IMG/VR virus record: IMGVR_UViG_3300021431_000118
Span: 5,530-69,529 of that record
Strand: one strand, 5' to 3'
DNA: 64,000 nt
Source of the DNA: a virus
Taxonomy: Duplodnaviria; Caudoviricetes
The notes beneath the pieces are model-generated. The model was not told where the DNA came from. It ran no database searches and was given only the letters and a program-made list of their open reading frames with translations. A program made the translations under genes and the position numbers. Below are positions 47,005 to 55,492 of the stretch, one piece after another (position 1 is the stretch's first letter; each line of letters starts with the position of its first letter).

Positions 47005-49266
47005 ATGGCTATTTCATTAGAGACGCTGGCTCTCGCCTCTCAGCTGAAAGGCGGCGCCGGCGGTGGCGGCGGAGGCGGGAGCGATCTCCCGTCTGTCAGC
47101 CGCAACGATAACGGCAAAGTCCTGACCGTGAAAAACGGTCGATGGAAGGCGGCAGAGCCGGAGACAGAACTGCCTGATCTGACTGCGGAAGACAACGGGA
47201 AAATCCTCGGTGTGGTCAACGGTGCATGGGCTGTGATGGATGCTCCGGCTGGCGGCGGTTCTGGCGGCGGCGGAGATTCTGTCGACGCAGTAGTAATTGC
47301 CGGAGAAGGTACAGGCTCTACAGTACAGGGGCTGATCAACAACAACCGGGCGACCGGTGACTATGCGCATGTGGAAGGCGGATGGTATGCAGAAGACGAC
47401 GGAGAGGGCTACGAACTTATTGAGGCTAACGTTGCATCCGGTCATTCTTCGCACGCTGAAGGACGGGAAACGGTCGCGTCAGGAACGTGTTCACACGCTG
47501 AGGGACGGGAAACGGTCGCGTCAGGAACGTGTTCGCACGCTGAGGGCGACAGAAGTTTAGCGTCCGGTGCTGATTCTCACGCTGAGGGCGGTAGTACAAA
47601 TGCTACAGGTTTATGTTCACACGCTGAGGGGTATGCCACTGAAGCTTCAAAAAACAGAGCACACGCCGAAGGTTTCTATACAAAAGCTTCCGGTGAGGAT
47701 TCCCATGCGGAGGGCAGTTATACGACCGCATCAGGCATGCGCGCTCATACAGAGGGCGGTCATACAACGGCGTCAAATCGAAGCGCTCACGCAGAAGGCG
47801 ATCATACTATTGCGAGCGGCATTTATTCTCACGCAGAAGGATTCAGCACCACGGCAAACCATGAAGCTCAACATGTGTTCGGTGAATACAATATAGCTGA
47901 TCCTTCTACTGCGACAGCAAACCAACGTGGTACTTATGTTGAGATTGTTGGTAATGGCACTATTAATACACAGTCTAACGCCCGCACCCTCGACTGGAAC
48001 GGAAATGAAGTACTTGCCGGTAAGCTCACAGTCGGCGCGGCTCCGACGGCGGACATGGATGTCGCCACGAAGAAGTACGTGGATGACAATGCTGGCGGAG
48101 CAAGCGTTGTGGTTGCCGGTGAAGGTACCGGATCGACGGTGCAGGGGCTGATTGGTAACTCCGATCCTACGAAGAATAATCGAGCTACCGGGGATTATGC
48201 GCATGCTGAAGGCGGAGGAATGATTCCGGGTGGTACTAATACGCCGGCAGTATATATTACAAACACTGCATCCGGTGTTGCTTCACATGCAGAAGGTCGC
48301 GGTACAACCGCCAGCGGTGAGTGCTCGCACGCAGAAGGCGATAGCACAATCGCCAGCGATAGTCTGTCTCACGCAGAAGGCGGCGGCACCGCAGCAAGCG
48401 GTGCGACGTCTCACGCAGAGGGCAGCTTTACAATGGCAAGCGGTAGAAGTGCTCACGCTGAGGGTTCCCAGACAACAGCCAGCGGCAATCAGTCTCATTC
48501 CGAAGGGTTTGAGACAGTTGCCAGCAATACTACTTCTCACGCCGAAGGCTCCCATACAACCGCAAGCGGTCCTTGGTCTCACGCAGAAGGCAGTTACACA
48601 ACCGCGAATCACGCATCTCAGCACGTTTTCGGTGAATACAACGTCGCAGACCCGTCAACAGCGAACGCAACCAGTCGCGGCACCTACGTTGAAATCGTTG
48701 GCAACGGAACAAAATCGGCCCGCTCCAACGCCCGCACTCTCGATTGGAACGGCAACGAAGTCCTCGCCGGCAAACTGACCGTAGGTGCGGCACCAACGGC
48801 GGATATGGACGTCGCCACGAAGAAATATGTGGATGACCGTATCGGCAGCGGCGGCGGCAGTGGGAGCGGCGGAGGAAGCAGTCTCCCGGCATCCACGGGT
48901 ACCGGTACGAACAGCATGATCGAAGGCAGTCTGTCCGGCGCAACGGCAAACACCGCATCCGGCGATTACTCCCACGCGGAAGGCATCGCGATGACGGCGA
49001 ATCACCGGTCTCAGCACGTGTTCGGTGAATACAACGCGGCAGATACTTCAGCCGCTCTGGTATCCGAACGCGGCGACTATATCGAAATCGTTGGCAACGG
49101 ATACGATGAGTATTCCCGCTCCAACGCCCGCACCCTTGACTGGTACGGCAACGAAACGCTTGGCGGGAACCTCACCGTAAGCGGCGGCACGCTCACGATC
49201 GGGAATGTTGAGCTGACGGCAGAGAAGCTGGAAGCGCTGCTGCAGATGCTCCAGACGGCGGGATAA
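47005..49266 (+). CDS. YadA-head-like (SHAEG repeat) fibre protein 1
   Basis: 14-aa T.ASG.xSHAEG repeats, HVFGEYN..GNG..SNARTLDW.GN necks, DVATKKYVDD stalks. No signal peptide. Confidence 0.8.
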   Translation: MAISLETLALASQLKGGAGGGGGGGSDLPSVSRNDNGKVLTVKNGRWKAAEPETELPDLTAEDNGKILGVVNGAWAVMDAPAGGGSGGGGDSVDAVVIAGEGTGSTVQGLINNNRATGDYAHVEGGWYAEDDGEGYELIEANVASGHSSHAEGRETVASGTCSHAEGRETVASGTCSHAEGDRSLASGADSHAEGGSTNATGLCSHAEGYATEASKNRAHAEGFYTKASGEDSHAEGSYTTASGMRAHTEGGHTTASNRSAHAEGDHTIASGIYSHAEGFSTTANHEAQHVFGEYNIADPSTATANQRGTYVEIVGNGTINTQSNARTLDWNGNEVLAGKLTVGAAPTADMDVATKKYVDDNAGGASVVVAGEGTGSTVQGLIGNSDPTKNNRATGDYAHAEGGGMIPGGTNTPAVYITNTASGVASHAEGRGTTASGECSHAEGDSTIASDSLSHAEGGGTAASGATSHAEGSFTMASGRSAHAEGSQTTASGNQSHSEGFETVASNTTSHAEGSHTTASGPWSHAEGSYTTANHASQHVFGEYNVADPSTANATSRGTYVEIVGNGTKSARSNARTLDWNGNEVLAGKLTVGAAPTADMDVATKKYVDDRIGSGGGSGSGGGSSLPASTGTGTNSMIEGSLSGATANTASGDYSHAEGIAMTANHRSQHVFGEYNAADTSAALVSERGDYIEIVGNGYDEYSRSNARTLDWYGNETLGGNLTVSGGTLTIGNVELTAEKLEALLQMLQTAG

Positions 49267-49268
49267 AC

Positions 49269-49769
49269 ATGCGGACAATCCAGATGCTGCTGAACACCGC
49301 GGCGGCACTGATCCGCACCCTGCTGGCACCGGTGAACAGAAAGAAAATATATGGGGACGCAGGTCTTCTGGAGATAACATCTCTGAGGATCAGCGTCCCG
49401 CTGTATTATCCGGGCGCAAGAAGCGCGCAGGAAATTACAGACGACAAAAATTCGGCGGCGTGCTTTCCGTGGGGCGGGCAGACAGTGATCGCAGATCATT
49501 CCCACCAGGGGAACTTCTCCATGCTGAATCTGGCGAAAGCGGGACAGACAACGGCGACTGTGGACAGCGAAAACGGAAGACAGGAATACCTCTGCTCGCG
49601 CTCGCAGGTCGGGCATCTCAAAACAACGGAATACGGAAACGAGCTGTACGACGAGGAATGGGCAAAGGTCGCCGGGCAGAATCCGGGCGGGCTGTGCATC
49701 TACACCTGTATTGCGAAATCCGCCAGGGACGTGATGGACGTCCGGCTGACCTTCTGGACGCCGCAATAA
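49269..49769 (+). CDS. Sortase-family transpeptidase
   Basis: GLLEITSLRISVPLY, TVIADH (His), LCIYTC (Cys) and Arg 12 residues later, before the last strand. Confidence 0.78.
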   Translation: MRTIQMLLNTAAALIRTLLAPVNRKKIYGDAGLLEITSLRISVPLYYPGARSAQEITDDKNSAACFPWGGQTVIADHSHQGNFSMLNLAKAGQTTATVDSENGRQEYLCSRSQVGHLKTTEYGNELYDEEWAKVAGQNPGGLCIYTCIAKSARDVMDVRLTFWTPQ

Positions 49770-49793
49770 ACCAAACAGACAGGAGGGAATATT

Positions 49794-49982
49794 ATGGCGG
49801 TTACAACGATCCCCGGCGGGAAAAGAAATGACTACTTCGGCACGTCGGAAGACACAAAGCCGGTTGTACATGTTCCAAACGCGAGCATGTTCTATGAATT
49901 TGATACCAGCATTATCTATTTCTTTGATGAAGAGCATCAGGAATGGGTTCCGCAGAACGGGGCGGGCAGCGCCTCCCCCTGA
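49794..49982 (+). CDS. Small protein (YFG.S.D.KP...PN.S.FYEFDT..W module)
   Basis: SD AGGAGG; paralogous to the N-terminus of 51102-51566. Confidence 0.8.
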   Translation: MAVTTIPGGKRNDYFGTSEDTKPVVHVPNASMFYEFDTSIIYFFDEEHQEWVPQNGAGSASP

Positions 49983-50087
49983 CCGGGACAGAAAATTATA
50001 AGACAAAAGACTGGCTCCGGTGTTTCAGCAGAACGCCGGAGGCCTCGTCATTTATACCTGTTGAATGAAAGGAATTTTGGAGGCTAT

Positions 50088-51074
50088 ATGAAATTACAAA
50101 TCTTAGTACCTCAGTATAACGAAACAGACGACGTGGTGAAGCCGCTGCTGGACAGCATCGCGCTGCAGCAGAACGTGCCGTTCGAGGAGATCGGTGTGAT
50201 TATCTGCAACGACGGATCGGATATCCATCTGACGGAAGAGTTTCTGAACTCATATCCGTTTCTGGTGGAGTATCATCTGGAGCCGCACCGAGGCGTATCC
50301 GCCACGAGAAACGCATGTCTGGATTATGCCACGGCGGACTACGTCATGTTCTGCGACGCAGACGACATGTTCTACAACGCATGCGGGCTGTGGATTCTAT
50401 TCCGGGAAATGGAGACAGGGTTCGACTCCATGATCTCCGCCTTTACGGAGGAGACGCGGGATATCAACACGGGCGGTGTTGCCTATGTCAACCACGATCA
50501 GGACAGCACTTTTGTACACGGAAAGGTACACCGCAGAAAATATCTGCTGGACTACGGCATCCGGTTCAACGACGAGCTGACGATTCACGAGGACAGCTAC
50601 TTCAACATCCTGTGCCAGAATCTGAGCAAAAACGTGAAGTACTGCCAGACGCCGTTCTATCTTTGGAAATGGCGGGACAACAGCGTCTGCCGGCACGACC
50701 CGAAGTACATTCTGAAAACTTACCGGAACATGCTGGACTCCAACGACAGCCTGGTGGACGAGTTCCTGCGCAGAGGCGTCAACGACAAGGCGATGTTCTA
50801 TCTGGCGTTCATGGTATTTGACGCGTACTACACGATGAACAAACCGGAATGGATCGATCAGGAGAACAAGGAGTACCGTGACAGTACGGAACGCCGGTTC
50901 GCAGACTACTATGTGAAGCATAAGAAAATGTGGGACAGCATCGCAGACAACGACAAGATGCAAATCTCCAACATGGTACGCAGCAGAAGCGTCATGGAGG
51001 GAATGCGGATGGAGTCCACTACCATCGAGGCATGGCTCCGGCATGTGAAGAAGCTGGCCTCCAAAAAGAAATGA
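50088..51074 (+). CDS. Glycosyltransferase family 2
   Basis: ILVPQYN, ICNDGS, GVSATRN, FCDADD (DxD), IHED..F. Start set at ATG 50088 after GGAGG. Confidence 0.92.
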   Translation: MKLQILVPQYNETDDVVKPLLDSIALQQNVPFEEIGVIICNDGSDIHLTEEFLNSYPFLVEYHLEPHRGVSATRNACLDYATADYVMFCDADDMFYNACGLWILFREMETGFDSMISAFTEETRDINTGGVAYVNHDQDSTFVHGKVHRRKYLLDYGIRFNDELTIHEDSYFNILCQNLSKNVKYCQTPFYLWKWRDNSVCRHDPKYILKTYRNMLDSNDSLVDEFLRRGVNDKAMFYLAFMVFDAYYTMNKPEWIDQENKEYRDSTERRFADYYVKHKKMWDSIADNDKMQISNMVRSRSVMEGMRMESTTIEAWLRHVKKLASKKK

Positions 51075-51101
51075 TATAGAAAACAATAAGGGGGGGATTA
51101 G

Positions 51102-51566
51102 ATGATCACGATAATTCCCGGTGGAATTACGAACGAATATTTCGGTCCTTCCACCGAAGACAAGCCTTCGGTACACGTGCCGAACGGCAGTACATTCTAC
51201 GAATTCGATACGGTCAAACTCTACGTCTACGACGCCGACCTCAATGAGTGGATAGAACAGGAGTTTGACAACGGCGGCGGCGATGTGCCGGCGGCTACCG
51301 CAATGCTGAAGGATACAGACGTGACAGTATACAAGGAAGACTGGGAAGAGGATCCGGACGGCGTCAGCGCGGCGTTCCCCTATCGCGCTCCGGTTGAGCT
51401 TGCCGGTGTGACGGAGGACATGTTCTCGACCGTGGTGTTCGGCGTGGACGATGCCTGTAGCGGGAACTTTGCGCCGGTTGCAAAGAGCGACGACGACGCG
51501 GTGTATATCTACGCCGCGGAGGTACCGGAGAACGATCTCACCATTCTGTCCGTTGTCGCGTGGTAA
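51102..51566 (+). CDS. Two-module small fibre-associated protein
   Basis: N-module like 49794-49982. C-module (W...PYRA.V.L.GVT...YIYA..P..LT) resembles the C-terminus of 37247-38056. Confidence 0.75.
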   Translation: MITIIPGGITNEYFGPSTEDKPSVHVPNGSTFYEFDTVKLYVYDADLNEWIEQEFDNGGGDVPAATAMLKDTDVTVYKEDWEEDPDGVSAAFPYRAPVELAGVTEDMFSTVVFGVDDACSGNFAPVAKSDDDAVYIYAAEVPENDLTILSVVAW

Positions 51567-51578
51567 GGAGGAGATCCT

Positions 51579-51749
51579 ATGTTTGGAAACACAAATGTGG
51601 CTGCCGGAAAAGACGGCAACGCCATGAAGTTTGGAGATCCGACGAAGGACTGGGCTAATGTCGGGCAGGCGGACTATATGATTATCACCGGGACGCAGGG
51701 CGCGTATGTCGACCAGGCGGTCACCGACAACGAAGTCATCCTTGAGTGA
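51579..51749 (+). CDS. 56-aa protein missing from the ORF track
   Basis: Strong SD AAGGAGGAG, fills the intergenic gap, MFGNTNVAAGKDG...VGQADY...EVILE*. Confidence 0.65.
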   Translation: MFGNTNVAAGKDGNAMKFGDPTKDWANVGQADYMIITGTQGAYVDQAVTDNEVILE

Positions 51750-51781
51750 CGGATCACCTTATCGATAAGGAGGTTATGAAT

Positions 51782-53887
51782 ATGGCTTTTGAAAAGAAAG
51801 TCTGGCTCGGCGGCGATACCGTAACCGCTGCGCATCTGAATCGAATTGAGAACGGAATCATGGAGGCGATGGAAAGCGGAGGTTCCGGCGCAGGCGAGGC
51901 TGTACTGCCAGACTGGAACGAGAACGATCCGACGTCAGCGGCGTATATTCGGAACAGGCCGTTCTATAAATCTGGTTCGGCGACTGTATTATATCAAAAC
52001 AGCGCATTTTTGATGGCAACGGAAATGGGTAGCTGGGTTGGCGGAACGGACCTAAATGCAGAAATCCCGGCTGGGCTGTATGACGGAATGCCTGTTACCG
52101 TTACCGTTGACGGGGAGTCTGAGGAATTAACATTTGCTTATTATTCAAATTCTACACCAGCCTGCTATGGAGCCGGACAGCCATCACAAAATCGTTTCGG
52201 TATAGCATTTTATCCTGTAGACAGCGCTACATCCGGTCAATCATATGGTCGTGGTTTTGAACTGATGGATTTTCAAAACAAGACATCGAAAACTGTTAAT
52301 GTGTCCGTTGTCAGCGGTTCAGTCAACGTGGTCAAGATTCCGGCAGAGTTTCTCGACATTCCTGACGACGTTGTGGTTGCCGGCGAAGGCACTGGCTCTA
52401 CTGTACAGGGGCTTGTCGGCACAGAAGACCCGGCAAATAGCAACAGTGCGACTGGTGATTATGCGCATGCTGAGGGCGGGTTCGTTTCCACAAACGCAAG
52501 CACCGGTGTGACGACATATTATAAAAACACAGCATCAGGTCAATCCTCTCACGCCGAAGGACAGAGCACAACTGCCAGCGGCGCTGTGTCTCACGCTGAA
52601 GGCGCCCATACAATAGCCAGCGGCGGTCAGTCCCACGCCGAAGGGGTACACACAACCGCCAGCGGTAATCAGTCTCATGCCGAAGGCGTCAGCACAACCG
52701 CCAGCGGCGGTCAGTCCCACGCCGAAGGCCTTGGTGGCACATTTACCATTAACAACACTACATATACAAGCGGCGCAAAAGGGACGGCTGACCACACAGA
52801 GGGTTACCAGACGCTGACGGAAAGCGGTCAACCTGGTAACCATGCCGAAGGCTACCAGACCAGGGCGACTGGCGGCGCGGCGCATGCAGAGGGTTACGTG
52901 ACACACGCAAGCGGTACAAACTCTCACGCGGAGGGCAACGGTACAACTGCCAGTGGCGCGATGTCTCACGCTGAAGGTAATGGCACAACCGCCAGCGGCG
53001 CGATATCTCACGCAGAGGGCTTTGGTGGCACATTTACCATTAACAACACTACATATGCAAGCGGCGCAAAAGGGACTGCTGACCACACAGAGGGATATCA
53101 GACTCTGACCGCTGCAGTGGAAGGAGAAGGCACTCAGGGCAATCACGCTGAGGGTTATCATACTCAGGCGACCGGTGGAGCGGCTCACGCCGAAGGCGGC
53201 GGCACAACCGCCAATGGTATCAGGTCTCACGCCGAAGGCAGTTACACAACCGCCAGCGGTAATGATTCTCACGCCGAAGGCGCCAGTACAACCGCCAGCG
53301 GCGGTCAGTCCCACGCCGAAGGGGTACAAACAACCGCCAGCGGCGGAGTGTCTCACGCTGAAGGTATGAGTACGACTGCAAGCGCATCATATTCACATGC
53401 AGAAGGACTTTCGACACAGGCTAAAAAAGAGGCTTCACATGTGGAAGGCGCTTACACAACTGCAAATGGGGCGCAGTCACACGCAGAAGGCAACGGCACA
53501 AACGCCGACGGCGCGCAGTCTCACGCTGAAGGTGTCGGCACAACCGCCAGCGGCCAAGCTTCTCACGCCGAAGGCAGTTATACAACCGCCAGCGGCAGCG
53601 CTTCTCACGCTGAAGGCGCTTACACAACCGCGAATCACGCCTCTCAGCATGTCTTCGGTGAAAATAACGTTGAGGACCCATCAACAGCTAACGCCAACGC
53701 TCGCGGTACTTACGTTGAAATTGTCGGAAATGGTACGAGCAGCGATGCAAAGTCCAACGCCCGCACCCTTGATTGGGACGGCAACGAAACTTTAGCCGGC
53801 AGCCTCACGCTCGGCAAAGGGACGGCTGACGAAGTTACCGTCACCGCCGCTCAGCTCAAACAGCTGATCGCCATGCTCTCGGCGTGA
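51782..53887 (+). CDS. YadA-head-like (SHAEG repeat) fibre protein 2
   Basis: About 25 SHAEG-type repeats. N-terminal W..G..V.A..LN.IE.GI and DWNENDPTSAAYI modules. Start 8 nt after AAGGAGG. Confidence 0.8.
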   Translation: MAFEKKVWLGGDTVTAAHLNRIENGIMEAMESGGSGAGEAVLPDWNENDPTSAAYIRNRPFYKSGSATVLYQNSAFLMATEMGSWVGGTDLNAEIPAGLYDGMPVTVTVDGESEELTFAYYSNSTPACYGAGQPSQNRFGIAFYPVDSATSGQSYGRGFELMDFQNKTSKTVNVSVVSGSVNVVKIPAEFLDIPDDVVVAGEGTGSTVQGLVGTEDPANSNSATGDYAHAEGGFVSTNASTGVTTYYKNTASGQSSHAEGQSTTASGAVSHAEGAHTIASGGQSHAEGVHTTASGNQSHAEGVSTTASGGQSHAEGLGGTFTINNTTYTSGAKGTADHTEGYQTLTESGQPGNHAEGYQTRATGGAAHAEGYVTHASGTNSHAEGNGTTASGAMSHAEGNGTTASGAISHAEGFGGTFTINNTTYASGAKGTADHTEGYQTLTAAVEGEGTQGNHAEGYHTQATGGAAHAEGGGTTANGIRSHAEGSYTTASGNDSHAEGASTTASGGQSHAEGVQTTASGGVSHAEGMSTTASASYSHAEGLSTQAKKEASHVEGAYTTANGAQSHAEGNGTNADGAQSHAEGVGTTASGQASHAEGSYTTASGSASHAEGAYTTANHASQHVFGENNVEDPSTANANARGTYVEIVGNGTSSDAKSNARTLDWDGNETLAGSLTLGKGTADEVTVTAAQLKQLIAMLSA

Positions 53888-53931
53888 TGTGAACATGAAT
53901 AAAAGTATTATTTGAAAAGGAGGCGATGAAA

Positions 53932-55467
53932 GTGCCAGAAAAGGTTTCCATAACCAAGAAGAAGCTCGATGATCTGGCGAACGCCGTAGCGGCAAAGAGC
54001 GCCTTTCCTGTATGCATGACGGTTGATAAAATGACATCAGCCGTCCTCGGTTTGAAAGTAAAGGAAGACCTGCAGATGCAGGAGAAGACGGTGACGCCGA
54101 CTAAAGACGGGGTGACCGTGCTGCCGGATGAAGGGTACGACGGGCTGGCGAAAGTGACGGTTGAACCTTATCCGAATGAGGCAGATGTATTGATTGAGAA
54201 GATGTTTACGTCGTATGAGAATTCGACCGTGAGAAACATTGGAGCTTACGCGTTTTGCAATTGTGAATCGCTCCGCTTTATATCATTCCCTGCCTGTACG
54301 AGTATTGGAAGTAGCGCGTTTCAATACTGCTACAGTCTCACGGACGTCAGCTTCCCTGCCTGTACGAGTATTGGGAACTACGCGTTTTACTCCTGCCGCA
54401 GTCTCACGGCAGCCAGCTTCCCTGCCTGTACGAGTATTGGGGACTACGCGTTTAACTTATGCTCCAACCTCACAAGCGTCAGCTTCCCTGCCTGTACGAG
54501 TATTGGGAACTACGCGTTTAACTTATGCACTAACCTCACGGCAGCCAGCTTCCCTGCCTGTACGAGTATTGGGGACTACGCGTTTCACTTATGCTCCAAC
54601 CTCACAAGCGTCAGCTTCCCTGCCTGTACGAGTATTGGGAACTACGCGTTTTGCTCCTGCTACAGTCTCACGGCAGCCAGCTTCCCAGTTTGCGCGACAA
54701 TTGGAAGTAGCGCGTTTCAATACTGCTACAGTCTCACGGACATCAGCTTCCCTGCCTGCACGAGTATTTGGAACTACGCGTTTTACTCCTGCCGCAGTCT
54801 CACGGCAGCCAGCTTCCCAGTTTGCGCGACAATTGGGAACTACGCGTTTAACTTATGCTTTAACCTCACGGCCGTCAGCTTCCCTGCCTGCACGAGTATT
54901 GGAAGCTACGCATTTTATAATTGCTACAGCCTCATGACCACTGATTTCTCAGCATGCCAAAATATTGGAAGTTCTGCATTTCTGAATTGCTATAACATCA
55001 CAAGTGCCAACTTCCCTGTCTGTACGAGCATCTGGAATAACGCGTTTCAAAATTGCTCCAATCTAACGAGTGTTAGCTTCCCCGTCTGTATGAGTATTGG
55101 GCCCAGTGCATTTCAAAGTTGCATCAACCTCACGACTGCCGAGTTCCCTGCCTGCAAAAATATCGGGAGCTTCGTATTTCAATCTTGCCGCAGTCTCACG
55201 ACTGCAAGCTTTCCTGCATGCACGAGTCTTTATAATTGCGCATTCCGCTACTGTTATAATCTTGTCAGCCTATATTTGCTTGGCTCTTCTGTTTGTTCAT
55301 TATTATCAGCGGCGAGCTATGTTTTCGGAAGCACACCAATCTACGGGTATTCAGCATCGGCAAAGCGGTATGGCAGTGTGATTGTCCCGGCATCACTACT
55401 TACAGCATACAGGAACGCCACGAACTGGAAGATAATTTCCAGCAGGATCGTCGCGTATGACGGATAA
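53932..55467 (+). CDS. BspA-type LRR protein with a near-perfect repeat array
   Basis: FPACTSIG.YAF..C.SLT..S repeats. Start is likely GTG 53932 (SD spacing); ATG 53926 is possible. Confidence 0.9.
   Translation: MPEKVSITKKKLDDLANAVAAKSAFPVCMTVDKMTSAVLGLKVKEDLQMQEKTVTPTKDGVTVLPDEGYDGLAKVTVEPYPNEADVLIEKMFTSYENSTVRNIGAYAFCNCESLRFISFPACTSIGSSAFQYCYSLTDVSFPACTSIGNYAFYSCRSLTAASFPACTSIGDYAFNLCSNLTSVSFPACTSIGNYAFNLCTNLTAASFPACTSIGDYAFHLCSNLTSVSFPACTSIGNYAFCSCYSLTAASFPVCATIGSSAFQYCYSLTDISFPACTSIWNYAFYSCRSLTAASFPVCATIGNYAFNLCFNLTAVSFPACTSIGSYAFYNCYSLMTTDFSACQNIGSSAFLNCYNITSANFPVCTSIWNNAFQNCSNLTSVSFPVCMSIGPSAFQSCINLTTAEFPACKNIGSFVFQSCRSLTTASFPACTSLYNCAFRYCYNLVSLYLLGSSVCSLLSAASYVFGSTPIYGYSASAKRYGSVIVPASLLTAYRNATNWKIISSRIVAYDG
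54286..55275 (+). repeat. Tandem array of 15 x 66-bp (22-aa) LRR units
   Basis: TTCCCTGCCTGTACGAGTATTGG-type unit start recurs exactly every 66 bp from 54286. The first ten units are near-identical. Confidence 0.95.
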
Positions 55468-55492
55468 CACTAAATAAAAGCGAGGTTTTATT

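Noticed and set aside
54286-55275. CRISPR-like regular repeats
   Set aside because: The period is a multiple of 3, the repeats are in-frame coding LRR units, there are no unique spacers and no cas genes. The same applies to the 42-bp SHAEG units.
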